A stretch of 64,000 nt of DNA from a virus, in the IMG/VR virus record IMGVR_UViG_3300048904_000313, positions 9,468-73,467 of that record. One strand, given 5' to 3'. Numbering within the stretch: position 1 is the stretch's first letter; each line of letters begins with the position of its first letter. Under the pieces are notes generated by a model. It was given only the letters and a program-made list of their open reading frames with translations, searched no databases and was not told the origin of the DNA. The translations under genes were made by a program, and so were the position numbers. Below are positions 34,022 through 43,757 of the stretch, piece by piece.

Positions 34022-34870
34022 TTACTTCGTCACGATGAAGCCGTGACGGTGACCCAGCTTGGTGAGGGACTCGACGCCGGGAACGCCGTCGACCTGGTCG
34101 CTGCCGTGGAAGCCGCACTTCCGCTGCCAGGCCTTGTACGCCTCAATGGTCAGCGTACCGTACGCGCCGTCGGAAGCGTACTTGGCCGGCAGGAGTCCCT
34201 CCGCGTTGAGGGCGTGCTCCACCAGCTTGACGTCGGTGGCATGCGTGGTGTGACCCTGCGGCAGCTTGGGGTCATGCTCCGCCGCGTAGACGACGTGAGC
34301 CAAGCTGACGGTGGGAGTCACCGCGGCGGGGTGAGCCCACTGCTTGAGGGCGGCGACGTCGGCGAAGTTGCCGAGGTCGGTGTCCAGGGGACGGTCGGTG
34401 TACTGGTGGAACCGCCAGGAGTCCTGGATCCGAGGCTCGCCGGCGGTGACGTAGTCGGCGATCCAGAGGCCGTCCCCACACTTGGAGGTGGTGTCGATGT
34501 GCTTCCAAAAGTACTGGTTGCAGTACAGCACCACCTTGTGGCCAGGCTTCGCCTTCTTCACGTCGGCGAGCGCGACGTCCTTGTCCGCGCAGCTGACGCC
34601 AGCGTCCTCCCAGTCGAGGGCGAGCACGTCGCCCTCCTGCAGGGTGGCCTCGCTGAGGAAGTGCGACACCTGGGCGGCCATCGATCCCGGACGAAGGAAG
34701 TGGTAGAAGCCGACCACGAGGCCGTGCTTCCGCGCCCAGGCGGCCTGAGCCACCATGTGCGGGTTGACGTAGCTGGTTCCCTCCGTGGCCTTGATGAACA
34801 CGAAGGAGAGACCGGTCACGGCTGGCTGCGAAGCCTGGTAGCCCGCCCAGTCCTGGCCCTTGACGCTCAC
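34022..34870 (-). CDS. Endolysin: GH25 muramidase plus peptidoglycan-binding domain
   Basis: GQDWAGYQ, FVFIKATEG, GFYHF, LDWED, LWIADY, HQYT; C-terminal DG.YG..T..A...WQ...DGVPG. Confidence 0.9.
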   Translation of the reverse strand: MSVKGQDWAGYQASQPAVTGLSFVFIKATEGTSYVNPHMVAQAAWARKHGLVVGFYHFLRPGSMAAQVSHFLSEATLQEGDVLALDWEDAGVSCADKDVALADVKKAKPGHKVVLYCNQYFWKHIDTTSKCGDGLWIADYVTAGEPRIQDSWRFHQYTDRPLDTDLGNFADVAALKQWAHPAAVTPTVSLAHVVYAAEHDPKLPQGHTTHATDVKLVEHALNAEGLLPAKYASDGAYGTLTIEAYKAWQRKCGFHGSDQVDGVPGVESLTKLGHRHGFIVTK

Positions 34871-35292
34871 TCGCGCTCACCCGCCTGGAGCGCTCGACGC
34901 ATCGCGCGCTGGTTGAGCTTGGTGGTGGTGGTGACGTGAGTGACGGCGCTGATCACGCCGAGGATGGCGACCAGCAGCGTCTGAACGGCACCGCTCAGGT
35001 TGGTGTCGATCAGGCCAGCGGTGCCTGCCGTGGTGACGACGGCAACGAGCAGGGAGACGACTGCCTGCGGGGACTTGAAGACCTTGCCCCAGTTGATGGT
35101 GGTCATGTGTGGCTCCGTATCTTCACGATGTTCTGGGTGACCCAGGAGGACGCGCAGCTCGTGGATGGTGTCGTGGAGCAGCGTCACACGGTGACGCATC
35201 CACAGGTGGTGGACCCAGACGACGGGAATCCACGCGACGTTGGCGGCCAGGTTGGGCCAGATGGCCGTCCAGAAGTGATGAAGGCCGGCCAT
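34867..35292 (-). CDS. Holin-like membrane protein (possible internal start at 35106)
   Basis: Next to endolysin; N-terminal hydrophobic segment, two C-terminal TM helices, basic tail. Confidence 0.65.
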   Translation of the reverse strand: MAGLHHFWTAIWPNLAANVAWIPVVWVHHLWMRHRVTLLHDTIHELRVLLGHPEHREDTEPHMTTINWGKVFKSPQAVVSLLVAVVTTAGTAGLIDTNLSGAVQTLLVAILGVISAVTHVTTTTKLNQRAMRRALQAGERE

Positions 35293-35300
35293 CTGATTCG

Positions 35301-36029
35301 TCAGACCACCGGCTGGACCACGTCCCCGCCCTCATGGAGGAGCAGGTCGAAGTCGTTCCAGGAGAGCCACACGTGGCCGTGGTCTCCCCACTCGGTTCCC
35401 CAGCTGTTGCGGATGAGAACGCGCTGGTGAGTGGTGTCGTCCGCGGTGACGCACACCTGGTGGCCGCCGGCCACTCCGCTGTGCTCATCCACGTTGAGGA
35501 CGAGGCCGCCACCGCCACATGGCGCCGCGTTGACCGGCGTGAACATGGACTCATACCAGGTGACACCGATGGAGATCGGACCGTGGTTGAGCAGTCGCAG
35601 CGCGGTGTGCAGGTTGCGCGTGTGATGGTAGCTCTTGATCTTGCCCTCGCGCTCCAGCGCCATCATCGACCACGGGCCGGTGGAGCCGGTGTCGTTGGGC
35701 GGGTACACGCCAGGGATCTGGCTCTCGTCGAGCTTGGTCTCCAACTCGTACAGCTTCACCGCGTCGGGCTCGGCGTACGTGACGCCCTTCTTCGCGAAGG
35801 GGGCGGTGACCAGACAGCCGAGAGCGGCGTTGGCGGTGCAGGAGCCGAGCTGACCCTGGTCGAAGCAGGGCTCCGTCTCCTGGTGTGCCACGGTCTTGAT
35901 GGGCATGAAGCGGTCGAGGACGTGGAGCTGACGAGCGTCTCGCTCTGGCAGCAGGGCGTCGTGAACCTGATGCCGGCCCAGACGGAAGGGATTCTCAGGC
36001 CTCTCGGCCAGGTAACGAAACGCTTGCAT
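35301..36029 (-). CDS. Papain-like (C1A) cysteine peptidase
   Basis: DQGQLGSCTANA, GGHQV, RNSWG..WGD.G; ATG at 36029 after GGGAG. Confidence 0.85.
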   Translation of the reverse strand: MQAFRYLAERPENPFRLGRHQVHDALLPERDARQLHVLDRFMPIKTVAHQETEPCFDQGQLGSCTANAALGCLVTAPFAKKGVTYAEPDAVKLYELETKLDESQIPGVYPPNDTGSTGPWSMMALEREGKIKSYHHTRNLHTALRLLNHGPISIGVTWYESMFTPVNAAPCGGGGLVLNVDEHSGVAGGHQVCVTADDTTHQRVLIRNSWGTEWGDHGHVWLSWNDFDLLLHEGGDVVQPVV

Positions 36030-36082
36030 ATGAACTCCCACAGGTCTGGGTGATCGGTCTTTAGAGCGCATCCTCGCTGTTT

Positions 36083-36415
36083 CTAGCTGGGGGTACGGAT
36101 GAGCTGCAGAACGCCTATGACGAGAAGGGCGATGCTGAGCAGCGTGGGTATCGTCCATCTCCGCCACTCGACTTGCGCCTTGTCGTTCTCCGCGTGGATC
36201 GTGTTGACCGTCTCCACTTCGCTTATCAGTCCCTGGAGACTGACGAACTGAGTGCGGATGTTGGCCACCTCCCGAGCGAGCTCCAAGAGCTCAACACGGT
36301 CGGCCTTGTGATCCAGCTTCGTGTTGAGGTTCTCGAGTTCTCTTTTGATGTCCTCGAACAACTCCTTCACCGTGTAGCTGACATGAACGGTGGAGACCTG
36401 TTCTTCGGCTGCCAT
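36083..36415 (-). CDS. Coiled-coil protein with C-terminal TM helix (lysis-associated)
   Basis: ATG at 36415; heptads followed by WRRW and hydrophobic tail. Confidence 0.65.
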   Translation of the reverse strand: MAAEEQVSTVHVSYTVKELFEDIKRELENLNTKLDHKADRVELLELAREVANIRTQFVSLQGLISEVETVNTIHAENDKAQVEWRRWTIPTLLSIALLVIGVLQLIRTPS

Positions 36416-36470
36416 ATCACGTCGTCCTTGCCTCGGGGTTGGGCAACTGGTTGGCATCGTTGTCATGGTC

Positions 36471-36499
36471 ATCATAACCAATGCGTATCAACGTGGACA
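36471..36499 (-). promoter_or_regulatory. Promoter of the lysis cassette
   Basis: TGTCCA-N17-TATGAT on minus strand. Confidence 0.55.
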
Positions 36500-36507
36500 G
36501 GCCGGGC

Positions 36508-38820
36508 CTAGTTCAGCTGGGTGATCCCGGTCGGCGGCCACTGGTGGACGCCGTCGTAGTCCATTTCAGCCACCGAGGAAAGGGTGCTGGGGTCAGTCTG
36601 GAGGAACGAGGCGAAGGAGATGTAGAGGGGGTTGCCCGCCGACGGCGTGGAGCCGAGGGTGGGAACCAAGGCGGCGTACGCGGCGCCCGCCGGCGCGGTG
36701 AAGACGTTCTTGAAGAGCGTCCACGTGGCGGCGCTGATGGACTGACTGTTGCTGGAGGTGCTGAGGTACGTCTGCGTGGAGTCGAACCAGTTGACGCTGA
36801 GGGAGAGGTCGTTGTTGAGCGAGGCCATGTAGAACCACGAGCTGGCGGTGTACGGGATGCCGGCCGTGATGCGGATCAGCTCAGACGAGACGTACGCCAG
36901 GGCTGAGACGCCGTTCGGCGTCAGCAGTCCTGAGTTGCTGTAGCCGTTGTGGACCTGCGCGGTGGTGGTGACGAGCGTGGCGTTCGTGGGGGTCCACGAG
37001 GAGACGCTGGACGTGACGAGCGTGTTGGCGTTGAGTGGGTCTCGCGGCTCAGTGATCGCGTCGCAGTAGCCGAGCAGTCGGCCGTAGAAGTCGTAGACGT
37101 ACGTGGACGTCGACATCGCCTGGTTTTCCAGGTTCGTGAGCGTGCCGTTCGGGTCCTGCCACAGATGGATCGGCTGCCCACCGCCGGGTGTGTTGTCATA
37201 GACGGTGATGGGGAACGTGAAGCCGTTGACCTGTGGCGTCCACGCACCGTTCGTGTACCTGACACGGATCAGATAGGGGGAGAAGCCACTGGTGCTGGTG
37301 CTCGCCACGTAGTACTGCGTGTAGTCGTTCAGGTTCTCGTTGAGGTTGTGCATCACCACGTGATACACGTTGCCAGCCGTCAGTCCCGTGGCTGGCAGCG
37401 GCACGGAGAGCATCGGCACCACCAGGGTGTCGGCACCGAGATAGATCGTGTTCTCGATGATGTTGAGCTGCCAGTTGCCCGGCTCACCATGAGGGAACGC
37501 CGCCACCTGAAACGCACCGGTGACGCCGGAGTCCTGCAGCCACCAGGTGCCGATGCTGTTGGTCATCACCGGCAGCGTCTGACAGGCACTGGTGTACGTG
37601 GAGGGAGAGGTCAAGCCGGAGAAGATGACCATCGCGTTCTCAGTGGCGGTGAACGACCACTGAGCGCCGAGAGCGTAGCAGCCCACCGGCATGTTCTGCC
37701 CCGTGTACCACGGGCCAACGGTGCCGTCGGTCTCATCGATCTTGGCGTAGTAGGTCTTGTTCTGCGTGGTGCCTGAGCTGTTCTGACCCCCACAGACCAC
37801 GATCCAGCCGTTGATCGCCGCGGCGAACTGCAGCTGAAGACCGAGGGGAAGCGACGTGGTCTTGGTCCAGCTCTGGATCTGGCCGTTCGCCGCGTTGGCG
37901 TAGTAGACGTTGCTGTAGGAGTTGGCCGCCGTGCCGTCCGCGTTGCCGCCGATGACGTAGACGTAGTCGTTCCACGACGTGGCGGCACCCTGCACGATGA
38001 CGACGGGGAAGTTGGTCTGCGCCGTCCACGCACCGATCGTGCCGGTGTCCGAGTCCCAGCTCGCGGTCCAGACGTTGTTGAAGAAGTTGATGCCGTCGGT
38101 GCCACCCACCACCATGATGGAGTCACTGGTGGTACACATCATGTGGTACCACGCTGGCTTCGGCAGCGAGGGCTGCAGCGTCGGGTTGCCGATGAAGCCG
38201 CCACCCAGGGACTGCACGGTGGCAACTGTGCCAGCCGCCGCGGAGCCAGTGTAGCCACCGCTGAGGATCATGAAGAGGTTGTCGGTGGTGGGCGTGGCAA
38301 ACTGTGCCGCGCCGCCGGGACCGATGGCCGGCTGTGACCAGGGGAAGGCGAAGTCGTTCTGCAGGGAGACCGCGTTGTACTGTGTGGTCACCAGGGGTGG
38401 CACGTCGGTGGTGAGGCTGCCCTGGATCGTGATGTTGTTCGTCCACGACGCGGGGATCACCGTGCTGCAGATCGGTGCGTTGAGGTTCGGACTGCCACTG
38501 CCGTCGTCCGGGCAGAGCGTGAACTTCAGGTCGCTGCCATTGCCCTGCGGCTGGACCGGCAGGGTGATCCGACTGATCGCGGTCTTGCCCACCGGCATGG
38601 TGAACGGCTGGGAGCGGTCCTGGTAGTTCGGAGGTGCGCTGGTGAGGTTGAGATGCTGGCCGTTGCCACCCGGCTCGTTGGCCAGGATCGAGAGGCCGGG
38701 GTAGATGACCTGCGTGTTGGCGGTGCCGAGAAGCTGGTTCACCTGGCTGGCATGGTTGATGGCCTCGCGGTTGCCACTGAAGCCGTTCTCAGCCGCGCTG
38801 CCCGGGGTGTTGAATGCCAC
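36508..38820 (-). CDS. Minor tail protein with Kelch repeats and C-terminal carbohydrate-binding-like domain
   Basis: Repeated (V/I)GG...Y...W..T.LP Kelch pattern; C-terminal W.P.NA.L..T...H.G..SG...P...jelly-roll-like segment. Confidence 0.7.
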   Translation of the reverse strand: MAFNTPGSAAENGFSGNREAINHASQVNQLLGTANTQVIYPGLSILANEPGGNGQHLNLTSAPPNYQDRSQPFTMPVGKTAISRITLPVQPQGNGSDLKFTLCPDDGSGSPNLNAPICSTVIPASWTNNITIQGSLTTDVPPLVTTQYNAVSLQNDFAFPWSQPAIGPGGAAQFATPTTDNLFMILSGGYTGSAAAGTVATVQSLGGGFIGNPTLQPSLPKPAWYHMMCTTSDSIMVVGGTDGINFFNNVWTASWDSDTGTIGAWTAQTNFPVVIVQGAATSWNDYVYVIGGNADGTAANSYSNVYYANAANGQIQSWTKTTSLPLGLQLQFAAAINGWIVVCGGQNSSGTTQNKTYYAKIDETDGTVGPWYTGQNMPVGCYALGAQWSFTATENAMVIFSGLTSPSTYTSACQTLPVMTNSIGTWWLQDSGVTGAFQVAAFPHGEPGNWQLNIIENTIYLGADTLVVPMLSVPLPATGLTAGNVYHVVMHNLNENLNDYTQYYVASTSTSGFSPYLIRVRYTNGAWTPQVNGFTFPITVYDNTPGGGQPIHLWQDPNGTLTNLENQAMSTSTYVYDFYGRLLGYCDAITEPRDPLNANTLVTSSVSSWTPTNATLVTTTAQVHNGYSNSGLLTPNGVSALAYVSSELIRITAGIPYTASSWFYMASLNNDLSLSVNWFDSTQTYLSTSSNSQSISAATWTLFKNVFTAPAGAAYAALVPTLGSTPSAGNPLYISFASFLQTDPSTLSSVAEMDYDGVHQWPPTGITQLN

Positions 38821-38831
38821 TCGACGTCACC

Positions 38832-39545
38832 TCACGCCATGAAGTAGGTTGTCACGATGACGACACCAGCGGCACCCACACCGCCGGCGAACGCGGTGGT
38901 GTTGCTGGTGCCGCTCAGTGCGCCTGAGCCGCCGCCACCGTACGCGTAACCAGCCAGACCGGCGCTGCCACCGGTGATGAAGCCAGCGCCACGACGAGTG
39001 TTGCTCAGGTAGCTGTTGCCACCCAGGCCGGCGTCGAGCATGATCGGTCCCGACAGACCGGAGCCAGCGATGATGCGGCCGTTGCTGCCGTCACCGCCGT
39101 GGATCTGGATGCTGCCCGCGGTGCCAGCACCGCCAGAGCCACCCGTGTTGATCGCTGAGCCGGTGCCAGCTACCTGGCCAGAGCCACCAGCACCACCCGC
39201 AGCGGCGATCACGCCGCCGAAGGAAGATGTGCCACCGGTACCGCCGTCACCACCGGCAGTGGAGCCGGCGCTTCCAGCGGCGCCAACCGTCACGGTGACG
39301 GTAGAACCGAGAGAGCTGGCTGCGAGGTAATCCTCAGCGTAGCCACCTCCCCCACCGCCGCCAGCACTGGCCGCGTTGCTGCTCGCGGCGGTGACTCCAC
39401 CGCCGCCCCCTCCACCGGCTTGGACCTGGACGTGCACCCAGATGGCTCCACCCGGCTTGGTCCAAGTGCCGTTCGCTGAAAAGATCTGAACGTCTGGCAT
39501 GACGGAGGAGCGAGCCAGGAGCATCAGCTCAACGGTTGAGGCCAT
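38832..39545 (-). CDS. Glycine-rich tail-fibre-associated protein (paralogue 3)
   Basis: VQIFSANGTWTKP...VQAGGGGGG...AGVVIVTTYFMA. Confidence 0.75.
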   Translation of the reverse strand: MASTVELMLLARSSVMPDVQIFSANGTWTKPGGAIWVHVQVQAGGGGGGGVTAASSNAASAGGGGGGGYAEDYLAASSLGSTVTVTVGAAGSAGSTAGGDGGTGGTSSFGGVIAAAGGAGGSGQVAGTGSAINTGGSGGAGTAGSIQIHGGDGSNGRIIAGSGLSGPIMLDAGLGGNSYLSNTRRGAGFITGGSAGLAGYAYGGGGSGALSGTSNTTAFAGGVGAAGVVIVTTYFMA

Positions 39546-39558
39546 TTCGCCACCCCTC

Positions 39559-40269
39559 TCACGCCATGAAGTAGGTTGTCACGATGACAACACCGGCTGC
39601 GCCGTTGCCACCAGCGTGCGCCGCGCCACCGGTTCCACCGGTACCGGGACCAGTCACCGCGCCGCTGCCGCCCCCACCATATCCCACCCCGTTGTCGCCG
39701 GCGATGTCACCAGTGGTGATGCCCTTGCCACGTCCACCGCCGCCAAGCTGGCTGCTGCCACCCGTCCCACCGATGGCTCCCGTGCCAGCGCAGCGAGCGC
39801 CGGTTCCGCCTCCCCCACCAGGGATGGCGAGCTCAGCGGTGATCGCGGAGCCACCCGCGGCGCCGTGGCCAGCTTGACCGGTGGTGCCAGCACCGATGAG
39901 AGTGCCGCCATCACCGCCCTCAGCGCTGAGAAACGAGCCAAAGGTAGAGGTGGCGCCTCCGTTGCCGTTGGCCGCACTCACACCGGTGCCGCCCGCGCCA
40001 ACGGTCACGGTAACCGTGCTGGTCAGCTCTGAGGCGGCGAAGGTTGACTCTCCGTAGGCACCGCCACCGCCGCCGGTTCCCGCTGAGGTCTGTGTGTTGG
40101 CGGTGCTGGTCGCGGCTGAGCCACCACCCGCGCCGCCTCCACCCTGGACCTCGACGCGGACCCAGGTAGCGTTGGCTGGCTTGGTCCACGTTCCGTTGGC
40201 GGTGAAGATCTGCACCTCTGGCATGCACGTGGAGCGAGCCAGGAGCATCAGCTCAACGGTTGACGTCAT
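39559..40269 (-). CDS. Glycine-rich tail-fibre-associated protein (paralogue 2)
   Basis: VQIFTANGTWTKP...VQGGGGAGG...AGVVIVTTYFMA. Confidence 0.75.
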   Translation of the reverse strand: MTSTVELMLLARSTCMPEVQIFTANGTWTKPANATWVRVEVQGGGGAGGGSAATSTANTQTSAGTGGGGGAYGESTFAASELTSTVTVTVGAGGTGVSAANGNGGATSTFGSFLSAEGGDGGTLIGAGTTGQAGHGAAGGSAITAELAIPGGGGGTGARCAGTGAIGGTGGSSQLGGGGRGKGITTGDIAGDNGVGYGGGGSGAVTGPGTGGTGGAAHAGGNGAAGVVIVTTYFMA

Positions 40270-40278
40270 CGTGTCTCC

Positions 40279-40968
40279 TCACGCCATGAAGTATGAGGTC
40301 ACGATGACAATGCCGGCAGAGCCAGCGCCACCGGAAACGGCTGAGTTGCTCGGCCCGTTGGCGCCACCGGAGCCGCCACCACCGTACAGCGGCGCGGCGT
40401 CACCCGCCGTACTGCCGGTGGTGATGCCCTTGCCGCGAGCGCCGTTGCCGAGTACCGCGCTGCCGCCCGCGCCTCCGATGGCTCCCGTGGTGCCCATGCG
40501 TCCACCGGTGGCGCCGCCTCCGCCTGGAATGGCGATGTCGCCCGTGATCGTGGAGCCACCCGCGCCGCCGTTGCCGAGACCGGGCGTGTTGTCGGCGCCG
40601 GACGTGCCGCCACCGACGCCTCCTGAGGCGCTGACGACGGAACCGAACGAGGAGGTGCCCCCGTTGTTGCCGGTGGTTCCCGAGACGCCGGTGCCGCCCG
40701 CGCCGATCGTGACGGTGACCGTGCTGGTCAAGGCACTGGCTGCGACGACCGACTCACCGTAGGCGCCACCACCAGCTCCAGCGCCGCCCGAGGTCTGACC
40801 CGCAGCGGTTGCGGTTGCGCCACCCCCAGCACCACCTCCACCCTGGACCTGTACCTTGACCCAGATCGCGCCGCCAGGCTTCGTCCAGGTGCCGTTCGAC
40901 GTGAAGATCTGCACGTCTGGTTCAACTGATGCGCGAGCCAGCAGCATGAGCTCGATGGTTGAGGCCAC
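40279..40968 (-). CDS. Glycine-rich tail-fibre-associated protein (paralogue 1)
   Basis: VQIFTSNGTWTKP...VQGGGGAGG...AGIVIVTSYFMA. Confidence 0.75.
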   Translation of the reverse strand: MASTIELMLLARASVEPDVQIFTSNGTWTKPGGAIWVKVQVQGGGGAGGGATATAAGQTSGGAGAGGGAYGESVVAASALTSTVTVTIGAGGTGVSGTTGNNGGTSSFGSVVSASGGVGGGTSGADNTPGLGNGGAGGSTITGDIAIPGGGGATGGRMGTTGAIGGAGGSAVLGNGARGKGITTGSTAGDAAPLYGGGGSGGANGPSNSAVSGGAGSAGIVIVTSYFMA

Positions 40969-41714
40969 TATGTCACCGCCGTGATCGAACCACCGGAGTA
41001 CGTGAGGTTGCGAAAGGACTGCATGTAGCCGGTGGTGGTCTGGCCGGCCGTGTACTCGGCTATGGTAGCCACTGTATCGTCGGCGTTGTAGTTAAGCCAC
41101 ACCCACCGCGCGCCTGAGTCCTCCCAGAGGATGATCGGCTGGATGCCGCTGATCGTCTGGTCCCACACCTCGTAGAGAGACCCGTATGCCTGAGGCGTCC
41201 AGGTGATCCCGTCCGGGCTCGTGGAGGTGCCGCTCACCTGGTTGGACTTCGACCAGTTGAAGTGATGCGTGGAGTCGCCGGTGGCGGAGAGCACGATCCA
41301 GTACGTGGTGGAGGCCGTCAGGCCGGTGACGGGCATCGGGATGACGCTCGTCGCCGGCCCGGTGGCGACGTACTCGGAGGCGAGCGTGGTCGTCCCCAGG
41401 ATCGTGCTGCTGGGTGCGCCCGCGTTGTTGGTCCTCAGGGTCACCGTGGTAGGTGGCAGCAGACCGGTGAGGCCACCGGTGGTGCTGATCGTCAAGACAA
41501 TGTAGCCGGTCTGCGTCTGCCCAACCGCGGTGGTGAACGACTGAGCGATGTACAAGCCATTGGTCTGCGTGTTGCCCGCGCCAGCTGTGGACTGGTTGGC
41601 CTTCCGCAGGCTTGTGTACAGCAGCTGAGCCTTGTGAGTACCCAGGTTCTGGTTGACCTGAGCGACCTTGGGAGCCTGGCCACTCGTTGCGGCCAGCCAG
41701 GTGGGTGTCGACAT
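40968..41714 (-). CDS. Minor tail protein (paralogue of 43757..44518)
   Basis: Shared QSF.T, PVTGL, EDSGARW, S.R.L.YSGG. Confidence 0.7.
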   Translation of the reverse strand: MSTPTWLAATSGQAPKVAQVNQNLGTHKAQLLYTSLRKANQSTAGAGNTQTNGLYIAQSFTTAVGQTQTGYIVLTISTTGGLTGLLPPTTVTLRTNNAGAPSSTILGTTTLASEYVATGPATSVIPMPVTGLTASTTYWIVLSATGDSTHHFNWSKSNQVSGTSTSPDGITWTPQAYGSLYEVWDQTISGIQPIILWEDSGARWVWLNYNADDTVATIAEYTAGQTTTGYMQSFRNLTYSGGSITAVT

Positions 41715-41723
41715 GCCCCAACC

Positions 41724-43757
41724 TTACTTGACTCGAGTGAGACGAAGCCAGCTGTCGGTGAGAACGGTGCTGGTGCTCGCGGTGCCCACGCTGTTGGACA
41801 CGGTCAACGTGAGGTTGCCGCTCGTGGTGGACATGATGAGCTTGCCCTTGAAGAACGCCATGCGGGTGACACCGCTGGCGAAGGTGTATGTGTTGGTGCC
41901 ACCAATCGTCGACTGATAGTCGGCTGCCGCGGTGGTGTCGTTCCACTTCATCGTCGCGCCGGCAGGGCCACTCCATGAGAAGACCGTGTTGCCGCTGGTG
42001 GCGTTGGAGAAGATCACCGCGGCCTCCACCAGGTAGGTGGCACTGATCTCCGCGGCCAGGGTGAGCTGTGTGGAGGCAACCTGTGACGTGGTGGTGAACG
42101 TCTGGTCGGACGCGGCGATCGCCACCGCGTCGACGATGGAGAACTTGTTCCCGTTCGGCATGTACGCCATCAGCGGGATCGCGTTGGCCGTCTGCGAGAA
42201 GATCACCGTGCCAGCGGTGGGCGGCGACGTGGGCGCCGTGGTGGCGTTGTGCAGCTGGATCTCGCCGGAGCCGTTGTCACCCAGGGCGGTGGTGGCACCC
42301 ACCAGGAGCGTGGGACTCACGTAGCCGATGCCGGTGGTGGCTCGACCGGTGAAGACGTCGCGTCCCGCGTTGCCGGGGCCGATCTCCTGAGCGCCACTGG
42401 CGAGGAGTCGGAAGCGGTCGTTCGTGTCGGCGCCGTTGACGTTGGTGCTGAGAGCCGTGTTGCCGCTGGCACTCGGCTGCGTGGCGATCTGACCACTGAA
42501 GTCCACGCGGGTACGGAAGTTGAAGCGTGAGTTGTTGTCGACCAGGGCGCCACCAGGCGTGTTGGTGAACCAGTTGGTCGACGCGGCGCTGGTGCCCACG
42601 AAGCTGGCGTTGATGAACATCACGTCTTGTCCGGACGCGATGTTGACCGACTGCTGTACGCCGGCGACACCGATGGAGGTGATCGGACTGGCGAAGTAGG
42701 CGTTGGTCACGGCGCCGAGTGTGGCGCCACTCCAGTTGAGGTCGTAGTTGGAGCCAGCCGCGCCTTGGCCGTTCAGGCTGAAGAACACGTTGCTCAGGTA
42801 GACCGGGCCGCCCGTGCCCTCCACGGAGATGCCGTGGGTGGTGTTGTTGATGATGCGGGAGGTGTCCAGCCGCGTGTGAGTCGCGCCACCGGTGATCCGC
42901 AGGCCGATGGAGCCCTGCTGGATGACGCCACCGGTAATCTGCGTGTTCTGCGGGGAGCCGTTGGGGCCGTCCTCGATGAGCACGTTCGGCCCGGTGGAGC
43001 CGGGGCCGAGGGCGTCCAGGTTGGTGATGAAGGACGCGGCGGAGTTGCCCTTGATGTGGAGGGCGGAGCCGGTGCCGGCGCTCAGCCAGACGATCGCGTT
43101 CTCCACGAGGACGTCCCAGGAGTCCTCGATGCGGAGGGCGTCCAGGTTCGCGGACGCGCCGCTGGTGACGCCGCCAAACGCCACGGTCACGTCGGTGACG
43201 GTCGCGTTCATCTGGTAGCCCTGGGTGGTGTTGCCCAGGAACTTGAAGCCGGCCGCGCACTGGTTCGCGTAGAGTTGGCTGAGCTGGGTGCCGCGTGGGT
43301 TCGAGGTGGAACTGGCTGTCGTGGACTGCGCGTTGACGCACCAGCCGTTGATGAAGTCGAACGTGACGCGGTTGACCTTGGTGCGACGGACACCGGTGAT
43401 CCGGATGGCGTCGGCTACGGGGTTGGAGGTCGTCGTGGAGCTGGCGCCGTAGAACGAGAGGTCTCGGACCTGGCAGTTGTCGCCGGTGAAGGTGATCACT
43501 GCGGCGCCGGTGAAGCTGGCACCGATCATCAGCTTGGAGTTGTCGAGGCTCTCACCCACGAGTGTCACGTCGTCGGCGGTGACCGTCAGCCCCACGCTGT
43601 TGAGCAGGTAACTGTTCGCGGTGGAGGGGAAGAACACCGCCTTGCCAGCGGTCTGCGCCGCGGTGATCGCCGCCTGGATCGCCGTGGTGTCGTCGGTGAC
43701 GCCGTCTGCGACGGCTCCGTAGTCCTGTGGCGTGATGTAGCCGACCAGGTATGGCAT
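41724..43757 (-). CDS. Tail spike with right-handed beta-helix (pectate-lyase-like) domain
   Basis: YITPQDYGAVADGVTDDTTAIQAAI N-terminal motif; beta-helix repeats. Confidence 0.8.
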   Translation of the reverse strand: MPYLVGYITPQDYGAVADGVTDDTTAIQAAITAAQTAGKAVFFPSTANSYLLNSVGLTVTADDVTLVGESLDNSKLMIGASFTGAAVITFTGDNCQVRDLSFYGASSTTTSNPVADAIRITGVRRTKVNRVTFDFINGWCVNAQSTTASSTSNPRGTQLSQLYANQCAAGFKFLGNTTQGYQMNATVTDVTVAFGGVTSGASANLDALRIEDSWDVLVENAIVWLSAGTGSALHIKGNSAASFITNLDALGPGSTGPNVLIEDGPNGSPQNTQITGGVIQQGSIGLRITGGATHTRLDTSRIINNTTHGISVEGTGGPVYLSNVFFSLNGQGAAGSNYDLNWSGATLGAVTNAYFASPITSIGVAGVQQSVNIASGQDVMFINASFVGTSAASTNWFTNTPGGALVDNNSRFNFRTRVDFSGQIATQPSASGNTALSTNVNGADTNDRFRLLASGAQEIGPGNAGRDVFTGRATTGIGYVSPTLLVGATTALGDNGSGEIQLHNATTAPTSPPTAGTVIFSQTANAIPLMAYMPNGNKFSIVDAVAIAASDQTFTTTSQVASTQLTLAAEISATYLVEAAVIFSNATSGNTVFSWSGPAGATMKWNDTTAAADYQSTIGGTNTYTFASGVTRMAFFKGKLIMSTTSGNLTLTVSNSVGTASTSTVLTDSWLRLTRVK

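Noticed and set aside
38832-43757. Diversity-generating retroelement or invertible tail-fibre cassette
   Set aside because: No reverse transcriptase, invertase, adenine-specific template/variable repeat pair or inverted crossover sites were seen in the window.
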